From Candidatus Omnitrophota bacterium (GTDB lineage: Bacteria > Acidobacteriota > Aminicenantia > UBA2199), in assembly GCA_050258455.1 (NCBI GenBank), contig JBLMYT010000093.1, forward strand, positions 42,633-106,632: a stretch of DNA of 64,000 bases, given 5' to 3'. The notes under the pieces are model-generated. The model was not told the DNA's origin and did not search any database. It worked only from the letters and a program-made list of their open reading frames with translations. Position 1 is the first letter of the stretch; each line of letters opens with the position of its first letter. The translations under genes were made by a program, and so were the position numbers. Below are positions 19,845-28,935 of this stretch, in pieces.

Positions 19845-20462
19845 CTAATTGGCCGGCACGCCGTACTGCTTCAGTCGGTGCCCGATATCGAGTAACACTT
19901 TTGAGTACCCCAATATCTCTTTGAAACAATTCGTTAACGCCGAAGGCTTATTCTCATTATTAATCGTTTGCCGCAATTCGTTGATCTCCTTGATCTCCGT
20001 AACCGACTCGACTAACCCCTTTTTATGCTCCCGGGTAAACACATCCCAGGTCGTCTCTTCCCGCTCAAATCGAATCTTATCCACCCCATTCACGATGATC
20101 GAAAGTAATATCCCACTTAAGCGCACAAACCGAAAGGTCAAGGTTTCAAAGGCATCGAATTCATCGTCTGCGTATTTTTCTTTAATCCCAATCCGCTGAC
20201 AAATTCCGTAGGAGCGCTTTAACCAATACATGGGCTCATCGATCTCTTCGATATTTTCAAAAATCGGTTTAAAATACTTTTCTTCTTTCATATACATTAT
20301 CTCCCTCCCACCCATTCCAATTTGCAGAGAATGGTTCATCGTTTGTTTATAACTCTCTAAAAATTGAATCCCAAAAGAGAAATCGATCCGTGGGCCGTAT
20401 TCCCGTAAGCCCGTTATTATCGATTCCTTCATCACTGAAATTTCACTTTCCTCGACTCCCAT
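19845..20462 (-). CDS. Hypothetical protein, HEPN/nucleotidyltransferase-substrate-binding-like, degenerate
   Basis: DAFETLTFRFVRL...KKGLVES....I.ELRQTINNE resembles the HEPN helix bundle, but the RX4H histidine is absent; true start may be internal. Confidence 0.5.
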   Translation of the reverse strand: MGVEESEISVMKESIITGLREYGPRIDFSFGIQFLESYKQTMNHSLQIGMGGREIMYMKEEKYFKPIFENIEEIDEPMYWLKRSYGICQRIGIKEKYADDEFDAFETLTFRFVRLSGILLSIIVNGVDKIRFEREETTWDVFTREHKKGLVESVTEIKEINELRQTINNENKPSALTNCFKEILGYSKVLLDIGHRLKQYGVPAN

Positions 20463-20602
20463 CGTCCTACCCCCATCCGTTGCATATCATAATATATATA
20501 TCAAAAAATTTTTTTCGTCAACTTTTATGATTAACCTTATTCACCTTCATTTTTAAATCCGGAATCGATTGACAAAAAGGCAAAATTAATGTTAAATATA
20601 GA

Positions 20603-21619
20603 ATGAATATCAGAGACCGTTTGGAACAAAACGAAGAAAACCTCCATCCCGCCGCCACTCGAAGCGCCAACAGCCAGCGCCTGATCCCGGAAAACAAATC
20701 ATCGGTGCGTACCGAGTTTCAACGCGACCGAGACCGCATCCTTCATTCCAAATCCTTCCGGCGACTCAAACACAAAACCCAGGTATTCATCTCACCCGGC
20801 GGCGACCACTATCGGACGCGGTTGACCCACACGCTCGAAGTCAGCCAGATTGCCCGAACCATTGCCCGCGCCATCAACGTGAACGAAGACCTCACCGAAG
20901 CCATTGCCCTGGGGCACGACTTGGGACACACCCCCTTCGGTCATACGGGCGAACGCGTCCTCAACGAATTGAACCCTGCCGGATTCAAACACTATGAACA
21001 GAGTCTTCGCGTGGTCGAAAAACTGGAAAACAACGGCAATGGGTTAAACCTGACGTTTCACGTCAAAGACGGGATCCTCAACCATTCCAAGGGAAAGGGA
21101 CCCATTATTCCGGAAGACAAACGCCTGCTCCCGGTTTCCCTCGAAGGACAAATCGTTCGAATATCGGATATTATCGCCTACGTCAACCACGACGTCGATG
21201 ACGCTATCCGCGCCCAAATGATTACCCCGCACGATGTCCCCCCTGAGGTTCAACATATCCTGGGAACAACATTCTCCCAACGCATCAATACCATTGTGCT
21301 GGACGTGATCGAACAGAGTTTGAAGAAAAACCTGGAGTATATTGCCATTTCCGATGATATCTATCATGCCGTCTGCAAGCTCAGAGACTTCCTCTATCAG
21401 TATGTCTACGGTGTGAAAGAGTCCGAGGCGGAAATCGCGAAAATCAGAAATATTTTATTTCACATTTACGATTATATCCTGGCAAACGCTGAGGACTACA
21501 TTTATCCCTACCCCGAAGAAGACGCCAAAGAAAGACGCGTGATCGATTTTATCGCCGGAATGACCGACCGCTACGTATTGAAACTGTTCTTCGAAATCAC
21601 CACGCCCCACGTGTTTTAG
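20603..21619 (+). CDS. dgt: Deoxyguanosinetriphosphate triphosphohydrolase-like HD protein
   Basis: RTEFQRDRDRILHSKSFRRLKHKTQVF, RTRLTH, GHDLGHTPFGH, DFIAGMTD. Confidence 0.93.
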   Translation: MNIRDRLEQNEENLHPAATRSANSQRLIPENKSSVRTEFQRDRDRILHSKSFRRLKHKTQVFISPGGDHYRTRLTHTLEVSQIARTIARAINVNEDLTEAIALGHDLGHTPFGHTGERVLNELNPAGFKHYEQSLRVVEKLENNGNGLNLTFHVKDGILNHSKGKGPIIPEDKRLLPVSLEGQIVRISDIIAYVNHDVDDAIRAQMITPHDVPPEVQHILGTTFSQRINTIVLDVIEQSLKKNLEYIAISDDIYHAVCKLRDFLYQYVYGVKESEAEIAKIRNILFHIYDYILANAEDYIYPYPEEDAKERRVIDFIAGMTDRYVLKLFFEITTPHVF

Positions 21620-21635
21620 TTTTTAATGACGTTAA

Positions 21636-24600
21636 TTACGTTTTGATTGTTTTTAGCAGAGCAGCCACTTTGTCGTTAATTCCCAAATCGCCATCGTAAA
21701 AAAGCGAAAGGAACGGAATATTAAATTTATCTTTGATCTCCAGCAATAGCGCACTGGACAGCGTCCCGGGCATGCACCCAAACGGAGACACATTGATCAC
21801 CATATCCACTCCCTGCTGCGCAAACAAAACCGCCCGACCCAGCGTTAATATGGCTTCCCCCTGAAACTGCCAGGGCACATACTGCGATCCCACGGCAATG
21901 ATGTCTTCGGTCAACGGTTCCATCCGATCATGGAGAATTTCGGACGCCGCCCGATAATAACGATGCGCAATCGAGAATATAAAAATATCCCTCGTCCTTG
22001 AGTGAATTCGTTGGAAAATATTGGCATTCCTCTTTTGAGCTGTAAAACCAAGGATATAAGGCACATAAAGAAACCATTCGTGAATCGGCGTCAGCCACGC
22101 TTCCCCACCATTGGCTTCGATGGTCTCCACCAGGTTCCCGTTGGAAAACGGGTTTCCCCGCGCATAGATTTCACCCACAATCCCCACCAGCGGTTTCCTT
22201 TCCCTTGCCCTGTCCACGGTGGGAATCGAGGCAAAACTCCGGGCCGCCTCTCGAATTATCCCTAACGGCCGTTTCCGCTGCTCCAATGCTCTAACCAGCC
22301 GCTCGAGAACCGTCTCAAACAACGCGTCCGTATCGCCGGCTGTTCGTTCATACGGTTTGATCTTGCATCGCATCTTAAACACAATGTCCGACGCCGTGAC
22401 CGCGTGCATCAACATCCGACGCAACGCCTTCGACAGTCCCTGATACGAATTGATCGAATTGGGGGAAAGAATGTCCACGTTTTCAAGCCCCAGACGATGA
22501 AAAATAATCCGCTCCAACAGGTTGTACTGACCGAATCGACACGGGCCTTCGGCCGTGGGCATAAACAGAATGTGACGGGAACCCGCAGGTTCATTTTGGA
22601 GGTGCTTCAAAAAGTTCCCAAGCGTCAACGTCATGGGCAAGCATTCACCGCCCCGAAGATACTTCTTCCCCAATTCCAGCGCTTCCCGGTCTTCCACCTC
22701 CATGCTCCGACACGCATACCCAAACCCCCGAAACGACGCTGCAAAAAGTTTGGCGGCCGAGCGATGAAGACACGGAATCCAGACGGTGCCGGTCGGGTCC
22801 GGAGCATGCGTGGGACGAAAAAGCGGCAGCGGCCTGGATACAGGCCTGGGGGAACGCTGTTTCAGGGTTGCTTCCACCACATCCATAAACGCTTCGATCC
22901 GGGTAATATACCCTCCATCCGAATCGTGCTCGTCCAGTTCCAAAACCAGCATGGGTTTGCCCTTTAATTCGGATTCGGCAAAACTCAACAGAAAACTATC
23001 GGGACCGCAATTGAAATTGGAGAGATAAACCGGAAACACATTCGAATACTGAGCGGCCAGCCGAATGGCCGCCATGATCCGTTGCCCGTATTTCCAGAAC
23101 ACATTGTGGTAATGCGTCTCGGAAAGCGCGGCCGTATCCAGGGGCAGCATGTCGATGGGAATGACCGGCGCGCCCATGAACGCGAGTTTTCCGGGAATTC
23201 CCAGATTAAGGCCATGATCGTGGAGGTTGTACGGTCGGCCAATCAGGATGAAGACGGGACGGTCTGTTTGGATCGCTTTTTCAAACATGTCCTGCCCTTT
23301 TTGCTCCAGATCGGCGGCGAGCGCTTCCCAGAACAAGCGAGCGACCGTGAACGCTGATACGACCTCTTCTTTTTTGACATCCCATACCGGCTGCAACGTC
23401 TGAAAAATTTCCCCGGCAATGTCCCGGTCCGAGAGACGAAAGTCAATGACCGGGGCCAGGAGATTGTCGACCGGTATGCCGCTGCGTGCCAGCGTGGAAC
23501 GCACCAGCGAGGCACTGCTTTCCACATACGGGCAAAAAAAGCTGGTCGCGGTTTTGAGGTCCGCCTTATCGGCAATCATCGACGGAAAAAAGATCGGATG
23601 CTCCGAATGGTTTTCCAGAGCGTTCACCATATGACCCAGGGCTACTTTCACCGGGAAACAGAAATCGGCAGAGGCGATTCGGGACGAATATTTTTTGACT
23701 TTCGGATCGGTGAAACCGGAAATCGATACCGCAATCCCCAACCGGTTGAAGAAGCGGACCCACAGGGGATAAAACGTGTAGTTGGTCAGGGCATGAATCA
23801 GCGTGATGGTTCCTTTTTGACCGATACCGTTCCCCCGTTCGTCGGTCCGGTCGTTTTTAAGATCAAAGGCGTTTTCCCGTTCCCTGAGCAGAGCATAACT
23901 CGGAAGTTCGCGCCGGACAGTCTCATTCGGATCGCGGCCGCATTGATACCCCCAGGAAAAGGTATTGCGTTTTCCATCGCCGGTGATTCGGGAGATGTGA
24001 TTGATCCGGCAGTAGTTATGGCACAACCGGCAAGATGCCGTTCGGGAATCCACGCGAATATCGACCGCATCCCTTCCCACAAAGGCTGACACCCGTTTTT
24101 CCCCGCCCTCATGGGTGTCCATGGCATCGCGGGCCATCAAGGCTGCCCCCACACCGCCCATCACGTGGCAAAACGGCGAGACCACCACTTCCACTCCCAG
24201 GAGGTTTTCGATGGCGCCGACCAACCCCTTGTTGCGGGCCGTTGCCCCTTGAAAGAAGATCTTTTGATCGCTTTTGGGGCGGTTTCCGACCACGCGGCGC
24301 AGATAATTTTGAATGACCGAATACAGGGCCGACGCCAGCGCCTCTTCTTTGGTAAAGCCTTCTTTTAAAAGGTCGCGTAAATCCTGTTCCATGAAGACCG
24401 TGCACCGGTCCGAGGTTACCGGCGGAGCGATTCCTTCGGTCAGATCGCCGATGTCTCGGACATCGAACCCCAGTTTTTTCGCTTGTTCCTCGACAAAGGA
24501 ACCCGTGCCTGCGGCGCATACGTAATTCATGTTCACGTCCGCGGCCAAACCGTTTTGCAAATGGATATATTTGGCGTCCTGACCCCCGATTTCAAAGATC

Positions 24601-25814
24601 GTTTCCACATCGGGAAAAAAATGCGACGTTCCCCGGGCGTGTGCGGAGATTTCATTCACGATCAGATCGGCCCCGAAGATGTGTCCGACCAGTTTGCGTC
24701 CCGAACCGGTTGCGCCAAACGCCCGAACCGTGAAATCATGGGTTCCGATAACGTCGTAGAAGGAGGCAAAAATCTTTCGAGCGGCTCCCACCGGATCGCC
24801 GGACGTTCGACCGTAGATATCCAATACCGGTTTACCGGAGGTGGCGTCCAATACCGCGAGTTTGGTGCTGGTCGAGCCGATATCCATGCCCAGGAAGATC
24901 TCGGTTAAATGGAGAAACGGTTCGTGGATGCGAATCTCGTTTTGGTGGCGGTCCGGAGTGGGGGAGGGCATCACCGGGTAATGACTGCGGTGAAGGGTGA
25001 GAGCGGGCATGCGGTTGAAATTTCGTTTCGGCGTGCACAAATCGCGTTTCAGGGTACCGATCGGTTGCCCCGGAACCCGGCAGGCGCCTTGCGCAATCAA
25101 GGCTTCGCCCGGAGGAATCACGATCCAGCGGACATTCGGATAGAGGGTTTTAAACCACCGCATGGCTTCGCTGTTTAAGGAAACCCCGCCGAAAATCAGG
25201 ATACTTCCCGAAGGCTCGGCGCCGCGAAACAGGGTATTGATGGCAGAAATAACAAAGCTGCGGCATAACCCGGACCACATGTCGTGTTTGGAGCGTCCCT
25301 CCTGTTGATGATGGATCAGGTCGCTTTTGGCAAAAACCGTGCATCGGCTGGCAATCAGGGGCGGATCGTCCATGGCGACCGTTCCCGGGTTTTCCAGATC
25401 GATGGTTAAGCGTTGGGCCTGTTCTTCCAGAAACAGACCCGTGCCTGCCGCACACAAGGTATTTTTGGCAATATCGATAATTTGATTCCCCCGGATCGTA
25501 TACAGAGTCAGCGACGATGCGCCGATATCGATGGCCTGGCCGCTGCCGTCTTCAAACCATTCCTGACCGAATGCAGATACCATGGACGCGATAGCTGCGG
25601 GTTCTCCGATGTAAACGCCGCCCATGTTTTGGGACATCTCTTCTCCGGCTTTACCGGTAAACACACAACAACCGTCGTTGCCATGATGATCGAGAAACGC
25701 ATTAAGGGATTCGATCACCTGACCTTCGTGTCGGATTCGGGTGACGGTTCCCGTGCTCCCCTCATATATGGTAATAAATGCTGTACCTATATCGATTCCA
25801 AAAGAACGGGACAT
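21636..25814 (-). CDS. 2-hydroxyacyl-CoA dehydratase activator-type fusion (two BadF/BadG ATPase domains plus DUF2229 and dehydratase-like C-terminus)
   Basis: CAAGTG twice, RCTVF twice, GMDIGSTSTK, EIGGQDAK, CFPVK, NCGPD, GPCRFGQY, PFGCMPG. Confidence 0.88.
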   Translation of the reverse strand: MSRSFGIDIGTAFITIYEGSTGTVTRIRHEGQVIESLNAFLDHHGNDGCCVFTGKAGEEMSQNMGGVYIGEPAAIASMVSAFGQEWFEDGSGQAIDIGASSLTLYTIRGNQIIDIAKNTLCAAGTGLFLEEQAQRLTIDLENPGTVAMDDPPLIASRCTVFAKSDLIHHQQEGRSKHDMWSGLCRSFVISAINTLFRGAEPSGSILIFGGVSLNSEAMRWFKTLYPNVRWIVIPPGEALIAQGACRVPGQPIGTLKRDLCTPKRNFNRMPALTLHRSHYPVMPSPTPDRHQNEIRIHEPFLHLTEIFLGMDIGSTSTKLAVLDATSGKPVLDIYGRTSGDPVGAARKIFASFYDVIGTHDFTVRAFGATGSGRKLVGHIFGADLIVNEISAHARGTSHFFPDVETIFEIGGQDAKYIHLQNGLAADVNMNYVCAAGTGSFVEEQAKKLGFDVRDIGDLTEGIAPPVTSDRCTVFMEQDLRDLLKEGFTKEEALASALYSVIQNYLRRVVGNRPKSDQKIFFQGATARNKGLVGAIENLLGVEVVVSPFCHVMGGVGAALMARDAMDTHEGGEKRVSAFVGRDAVDIRVDSRTASCRLCHNYCRINHISRITGDGKRNTFSWGYQCGRDPNETVRRELPSYALLRERENAFDLKNDRTDERGNGIGQKGTITLIHALTNYTFYPLWVRFFNRLGIAVSISGFTDPKVKKYSSRIASADFCFPVKVALGHMVNALENHSEHPIFFPSMIADKADLKTATSFFCPYVESSASLVRSTLARSGIPVDNLLAPVIDFRLSDRDIAGEIFQTLQPVWDVKKEEVVSAFTVARLFWEALAADLEQKGQDMFEKAIQTDRPVFILIGRPYNLHDHGLNLGIPGKLAFMGAPVIPIDMLPLDTAALSETHYHNVFWKYGQRIMAAIRLAAQYSNVFPVYLSNFNCGPDSFLLSFAESELKGKPMLVLELDEHDSDGGYITRIEAFMDVVEATLKQRSPRPVSRPLPLFRPTHAPDPTGTVWIPCLHRSAAKLFAASFRGFGYACRSMEVEDREALELGKKYLRGGECLPMTLTLGNFLKHLQNEPAGSRHILFMPTAEGPCRFGQYNLLERIIFHRLGLENVDILSPNSINSYQGLSKALRRMLMHAVTASDIVFKMRCKIKPYERTAGDTDALFETVLERLVRALEQRKRPLGIIREAARSFASIPTVDRARERKPLVGIVGEIYARGNPFSNGNLVETIEANGGEAWLTPIHEWFLYVPYILGFTAQKRNANIFQRIHSRTRDIFIFSIAHRYYRAASEILHDRMEPLTEDIIAVGSQYVPWQFQGEAILTLGRAVLFAQQGVDMVINVSPFGCMPGTLSSALLLEIKDKFNIPFLSLFYDGDLGINDKVAALLKTIKT

Positions 25815-25862
25815 TTGACGCCTCCTTATCTAATTATTATTGCCCGGTTCTGATTTTCTAAT

Positions 25863-26291
25863 TTATAAACCTGAAGAACCAAAACCCCTTTCACATCGGT
25901 GAGTATCCGATAGTTCATCCGTCACTTCAACGTCAACGGATACAAACGTGTGGATCACCATTTGGGCAATTTTCATTCCTTCGTTGACCGTAAACGGTTT
26001 TTTCCCGTGGTTGATCATGATCACCCGGATTTCGCCCCGGTAGCCCTGATCGATGGTTCCGGGTGTATTCAGAAGGGTGATTTGATGGTTCAAGGCCAGG
26101 CCGCTGCGGGGTCTGATCTGGGCTTCGGTATGTTCCGGCAGTTCGATGGCAATGCCTGTGCGAATCCCGGCACTTTCCCCGGGTAATATCTCTTGGCATT
26201 CGATGGAAAACAGATCGAGGCCCGCATCACCGGGATAGTGATAACGCGGTACAATGGCTTTTTCATCCAGCAATTTTATTTTTAATTTCAT
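25863..26291 (-). CDS. dut: dUTP diphosphatase
   Basis: AGLDL, RPRSGLA, NTPGTIDQGYRGEI, RGFGSSG. Confidence 0.96.
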   Translation of the reverse strand: MKLKIKLLDEKAIVPRYHYPGDAGLDLFSIECQEILPGESAGIRTGIAIELPEHTEAQIRPRSGLALNHQITLLNTPGTIDQGYRGEIRVIMINHGKKPFTVNEGMKIAQMVIHTFVSVDVEVTDELSDTHRCERGFGSSGL

Positions 26292-26306
26292 TGTTTTAAT
26301 TTTCCC

Positions 26307-27761
26307 CTATACCGATTCATTCATTTTGAGGTAGAGTCGTGAACCTTCCGGAATATCGGAAAAGTTTTGAATCGCATCGCCGGTTAATATCCCTTTCCCG
26401 GGGATCACGTAAACCGTATCGCGTCGGTTGTGGGCTTTACCGGCGATTCCCCACGGGGTTTGGCCTCGAACCGTTCCGATCATGAACGGTCCCTTATAGC
26501 CGATGATTAACGACGTTCCGTCCGGAATCGAATCCCAATCCGGGATTTGGTCTCCGGAGAGGATCCGGCCGTCGGATAGAAAGTAAATCGTCGACGGTTT
26601 GCAATACGCCGCGCCCGCAAAGCTCCAGGCTGTAAAGTCTTTGGTGATTAAGAACACAGGTCCCTTATCCTGCTCCGGATGCTGCGGCTCGTTGAGCAAG
26701 ACCCGGGTTCCGCGGGGAATATGGGCCCAGCCGATCGTCGGTTCGATCGCGTCGCCCCGGATTTCCCGTTGGTCGGGCAGCACATAGAGTGTTGTGGGGC
26801 TGTCGAAATCTTCGCCCGCGATGTTCCAGGCCGTGTTATTGGTCCCGATTATATTGGAGATTTTGCTTTCGTCCTGAACCAGTTTCGCATAGATGGTCGT
26901 GCCCTTTGGTTTACCCGTGCGTGTTTTGTTGGCAGCCAGGATCGGTTTTTCATCGGTTTCGTGGCCCTTGAATTTTTTATAAAACATGGCATAAATAAAC
27001 GGATCTCCGGCCAGGCGTCCGGTTTTTACATCCGGGTCATAGTGCCAGGAGTCGGTAAGGCCTGCTTTTTCTCGGTCGAAATTCAGGGCGCAGCGTTTGC
27101 GGCCTCGGTGACAGCGTTTAAACCAGATGTTGGGTTTTCCATAGGAAACCTGGCTGTGGGTCAATACATTTTTATCCGCGATGTCGTAGATGCGTTGAAG
27201 GATTTTCAGCAGTCGGGCAATTGCGTCGTATTGTTGAGGGGTGATCGTGTCGTAATGGTATCCCACCAGTTCGATGCTAACCGAATAGGAGCTGATATCT
27301 TCCAGGCCGTTCCACATGCTCAGACCGGCGTGGTCGGCCCGGCAGCGGTGGTTCAGGATCCGGTAGATTTTCCCGTCTCTGGAGATGGCATAATTGGCAT
27401 GGCCGCCGAAAGTTCGGTATTTTCCCACGTTTTTTCCTTCGGAGAGGGTGCGCAGGGTGCTGACCATTCCGGCTTCGGATGTATGAATAATGATGAAATT
27501 GGTTTTTGATCGGATGATTTTCACAAACTTTTTATTTAAGTGATCCTGATAATTGATAAAGGAGTCATTGGATTCGCTGGTTGGTTCATCCTCGGTTGGG
27601 GTTTCGCGGGGAAAAATGGGGCTGGTGAAATTCCAGAGAGCAAAGGCAATACAAATAACAACCCAACTCACATTACCCAGATGTCCCGCGTAGCGCGGGA
27701 GATGCCGCACGTTCATTCGACTCCTTTGTATTGAGAAAATATCAGAATGTAAAAGATCCAA
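26307..27761 (-). CDS. N-acetylmuramoyl-L-alanine amidase (Amidase_2) with three C-terminal repeats
   Basis: N-terminal hydrophobic segment, IIIHTSE, HAGLSMW, SIELVG, VLTHSQV; true start probably the ATG near 27716. Confidence 0.82.
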   Translation of the reverse strand: MDLLHSDIFSIQRSRMNVRHLPRYAGHLGNVSWVVICIAFALWNFTSPIFPRETPTEDEPTSESNDSFINYQDHLNKKFVKIIRSKTNFIIIHTSEAGMVSTLRTLSEGKNVGKYRTFGGHANYAISRDGKIYRILNHRCRADHAGLSMWNGLEDISSYSVSIELVGYHYDTITPQQYDAIARLLKILQRIYDIADKNVLTHSQVSYGKPNIWFKRCHRGRKRCALNFDREKAGLTDSWHYDPDVKTGRLAGDPFIYAMFYKKFKGHETDEKPILAANKTRTGKPKGTTIYAKLVQDESKISNIIGTNNTAWNIAGEDFDSPTTLYVLPDQREIRGDAIEPTIGWAHIPRGTRVLLNEPQHPEQDKGPVFLITKDFTAWSFAGAAYCKPSTIYFLSDGRILSGDQIPDWDSIPDGTSLIIGYKGPFMIGTVRGQTPWGIAGKAHNRRDTVYVIPGKGILTGDAIQNFSDIPEGSRLYLKMNESV

Positions 27762-27910
27762 AAAGATTATTATTTATACTAGCTTTGCAAAAAAGTCAAG
27801 TAAATTGATTTGATAACCGGGAGTTCTCTGAAGTTGGGCTCGCTCTCTCCGAAGTTGGTGATTCCCTGACGTTGATTGCGCCGGCTCTCCCGGTGGTTGC
27901 CTGTTTCCGT

Positions 27911-28426
27911 GTGACACGTTTGCGGTTTCCGGTCACATGATTGTTGGTTTCATGTCGCTGGTTTGCGATTTCCGGTCACATGATTGTTGGTTTCATGTAA
28001 CTGGTTTGCGATTTTGGGTCACATGATTGGTGGTTTCATGTCGCTGGTTTGCGATTTGCGGTCACATGATTGATGGTTTCATGTCACTGGTTTGCGATTT
28101 TGGGTCACATGATTGGTGATTTCATGTCACTGGTTTGCGGTTTTGGGTCACATGATTGGTGATTTCATGTCACTGGTTTGCGGTTTGCGGTCACATGATT
28201 GGTGATTTCATGTCACAGGTTTACGGTTTGCGGTCACATGATTGGTGATTTCATGTCACAGGTTTACGGTTTGCGGTCACATGATTGGTGATTTCATGTC
28301 ACAGGTTTGCGGTTTTCGGTCACATGATTGGTGATTTCAGGTCACTGGTTTACGGTTTCCGGTCACATGATTGGTGGTTTCATGTCACAGGTTTGCGGTT
28401 TTCGGTCACATGATTGGTGATTTCAT
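27911..28426. repeat. Tandem array of about 12 x 43-bp units, non-coding
   Basis: GGTCACATGATT recurs exactly every 43 bp from 27931 to 28404; consensus GGTCACATGATTGGTGATTTCATGTCACTGGTTTGCGGTTTGC; no unique spacers. Confidence 0.95.
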
Positions 28427-28427
28427 T

Positions 28428-28526
28428 GGGAGTGTCAATTATTTTGTGTAAATGGTTAAAAAAAGGGTACCAAAAATTTTTTGGTTTGGGTATTAAATGG
28501 CAGAGACGTTGCGTGCAACGTCTCTG
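28428..28526 (+). mobile_element. IS256-like end remnant plus REP-like palindrome
   Basis: GGGAGTGTCAATTATTTTGTGTAAAT at 28428, then CAGAGACGTTGCGTGCAACGTCTCTG at 28501-28526; same layout as 1909 and 5030. Confidence 0.55.
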
Positions 28527-28550
28527 ATATAAGATTAGAACCAAAAAATT

Positions 28551-28654
28551 ATGATCAATGCTTACCGGGATAAATAAGCCTTTGTAATTATTGTTTAACA
28601 AATGGGGTTAGTTTTTTTATTGCCAATCGTTGTAGAAGAATTGACCCCGCATTT
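28551..28654 (+). repeat. Direct repeat copy 1 (paralog 3' end plus GGGGT..ACCCC hairpin)
   Basis: Aligns with 30304-30407: AATAAGCC.TTGTAATTATTG...AATGGGGT.AGTTTT...GAAT.TGACCCCGC. Confidence 0.75.
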
Positions 28655-28745
28655 CTCAATTCCTCAGTTTCGAATGATTGGAATTTTTTATAAAGGCTAC
28701 AATAAAGGATGATCGATCCTAAGTGGATTGAATTGAACGAAAAAT

Positions 28746-28773
28746 TTGACTTTTTTTTAATAGTTCTTATAAT
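28746..28773 (+). promoter_or_regulatory. Sigma70 promoter
   Basis: TTGACT-16bp-TATAAT upstream of 28936; RBS AAGGAGGG at 28925. Confidence 0.55.
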
Positions 28774-28935
28774 TTATTTTGTAAAATAAGGGGGACTCTT
28801 GATATGACCGGATAGGGGATGGACATTGCTTTGGAATAAATTTCAGTAAAGGTATGATTATGATTACCAAGGTATTTATAGTAAGGAGGAGAAGATATCG
28901 CTTGTAAATAAAAATCATTAAATAAAGGAGGGAAA

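Noticed and set aside
26679-27509. Long antisense ORFs (also 43638-44486, 3050-3652, 56534-57136)
   Set aside because: They lie opposite well-supported genes and lack recognisable motifs.
27911-28426. CRISPR array
   Set aside because: Units are contiguous near-identical 43-mers with only point variation; no unique spacers and no cas genes in the window.
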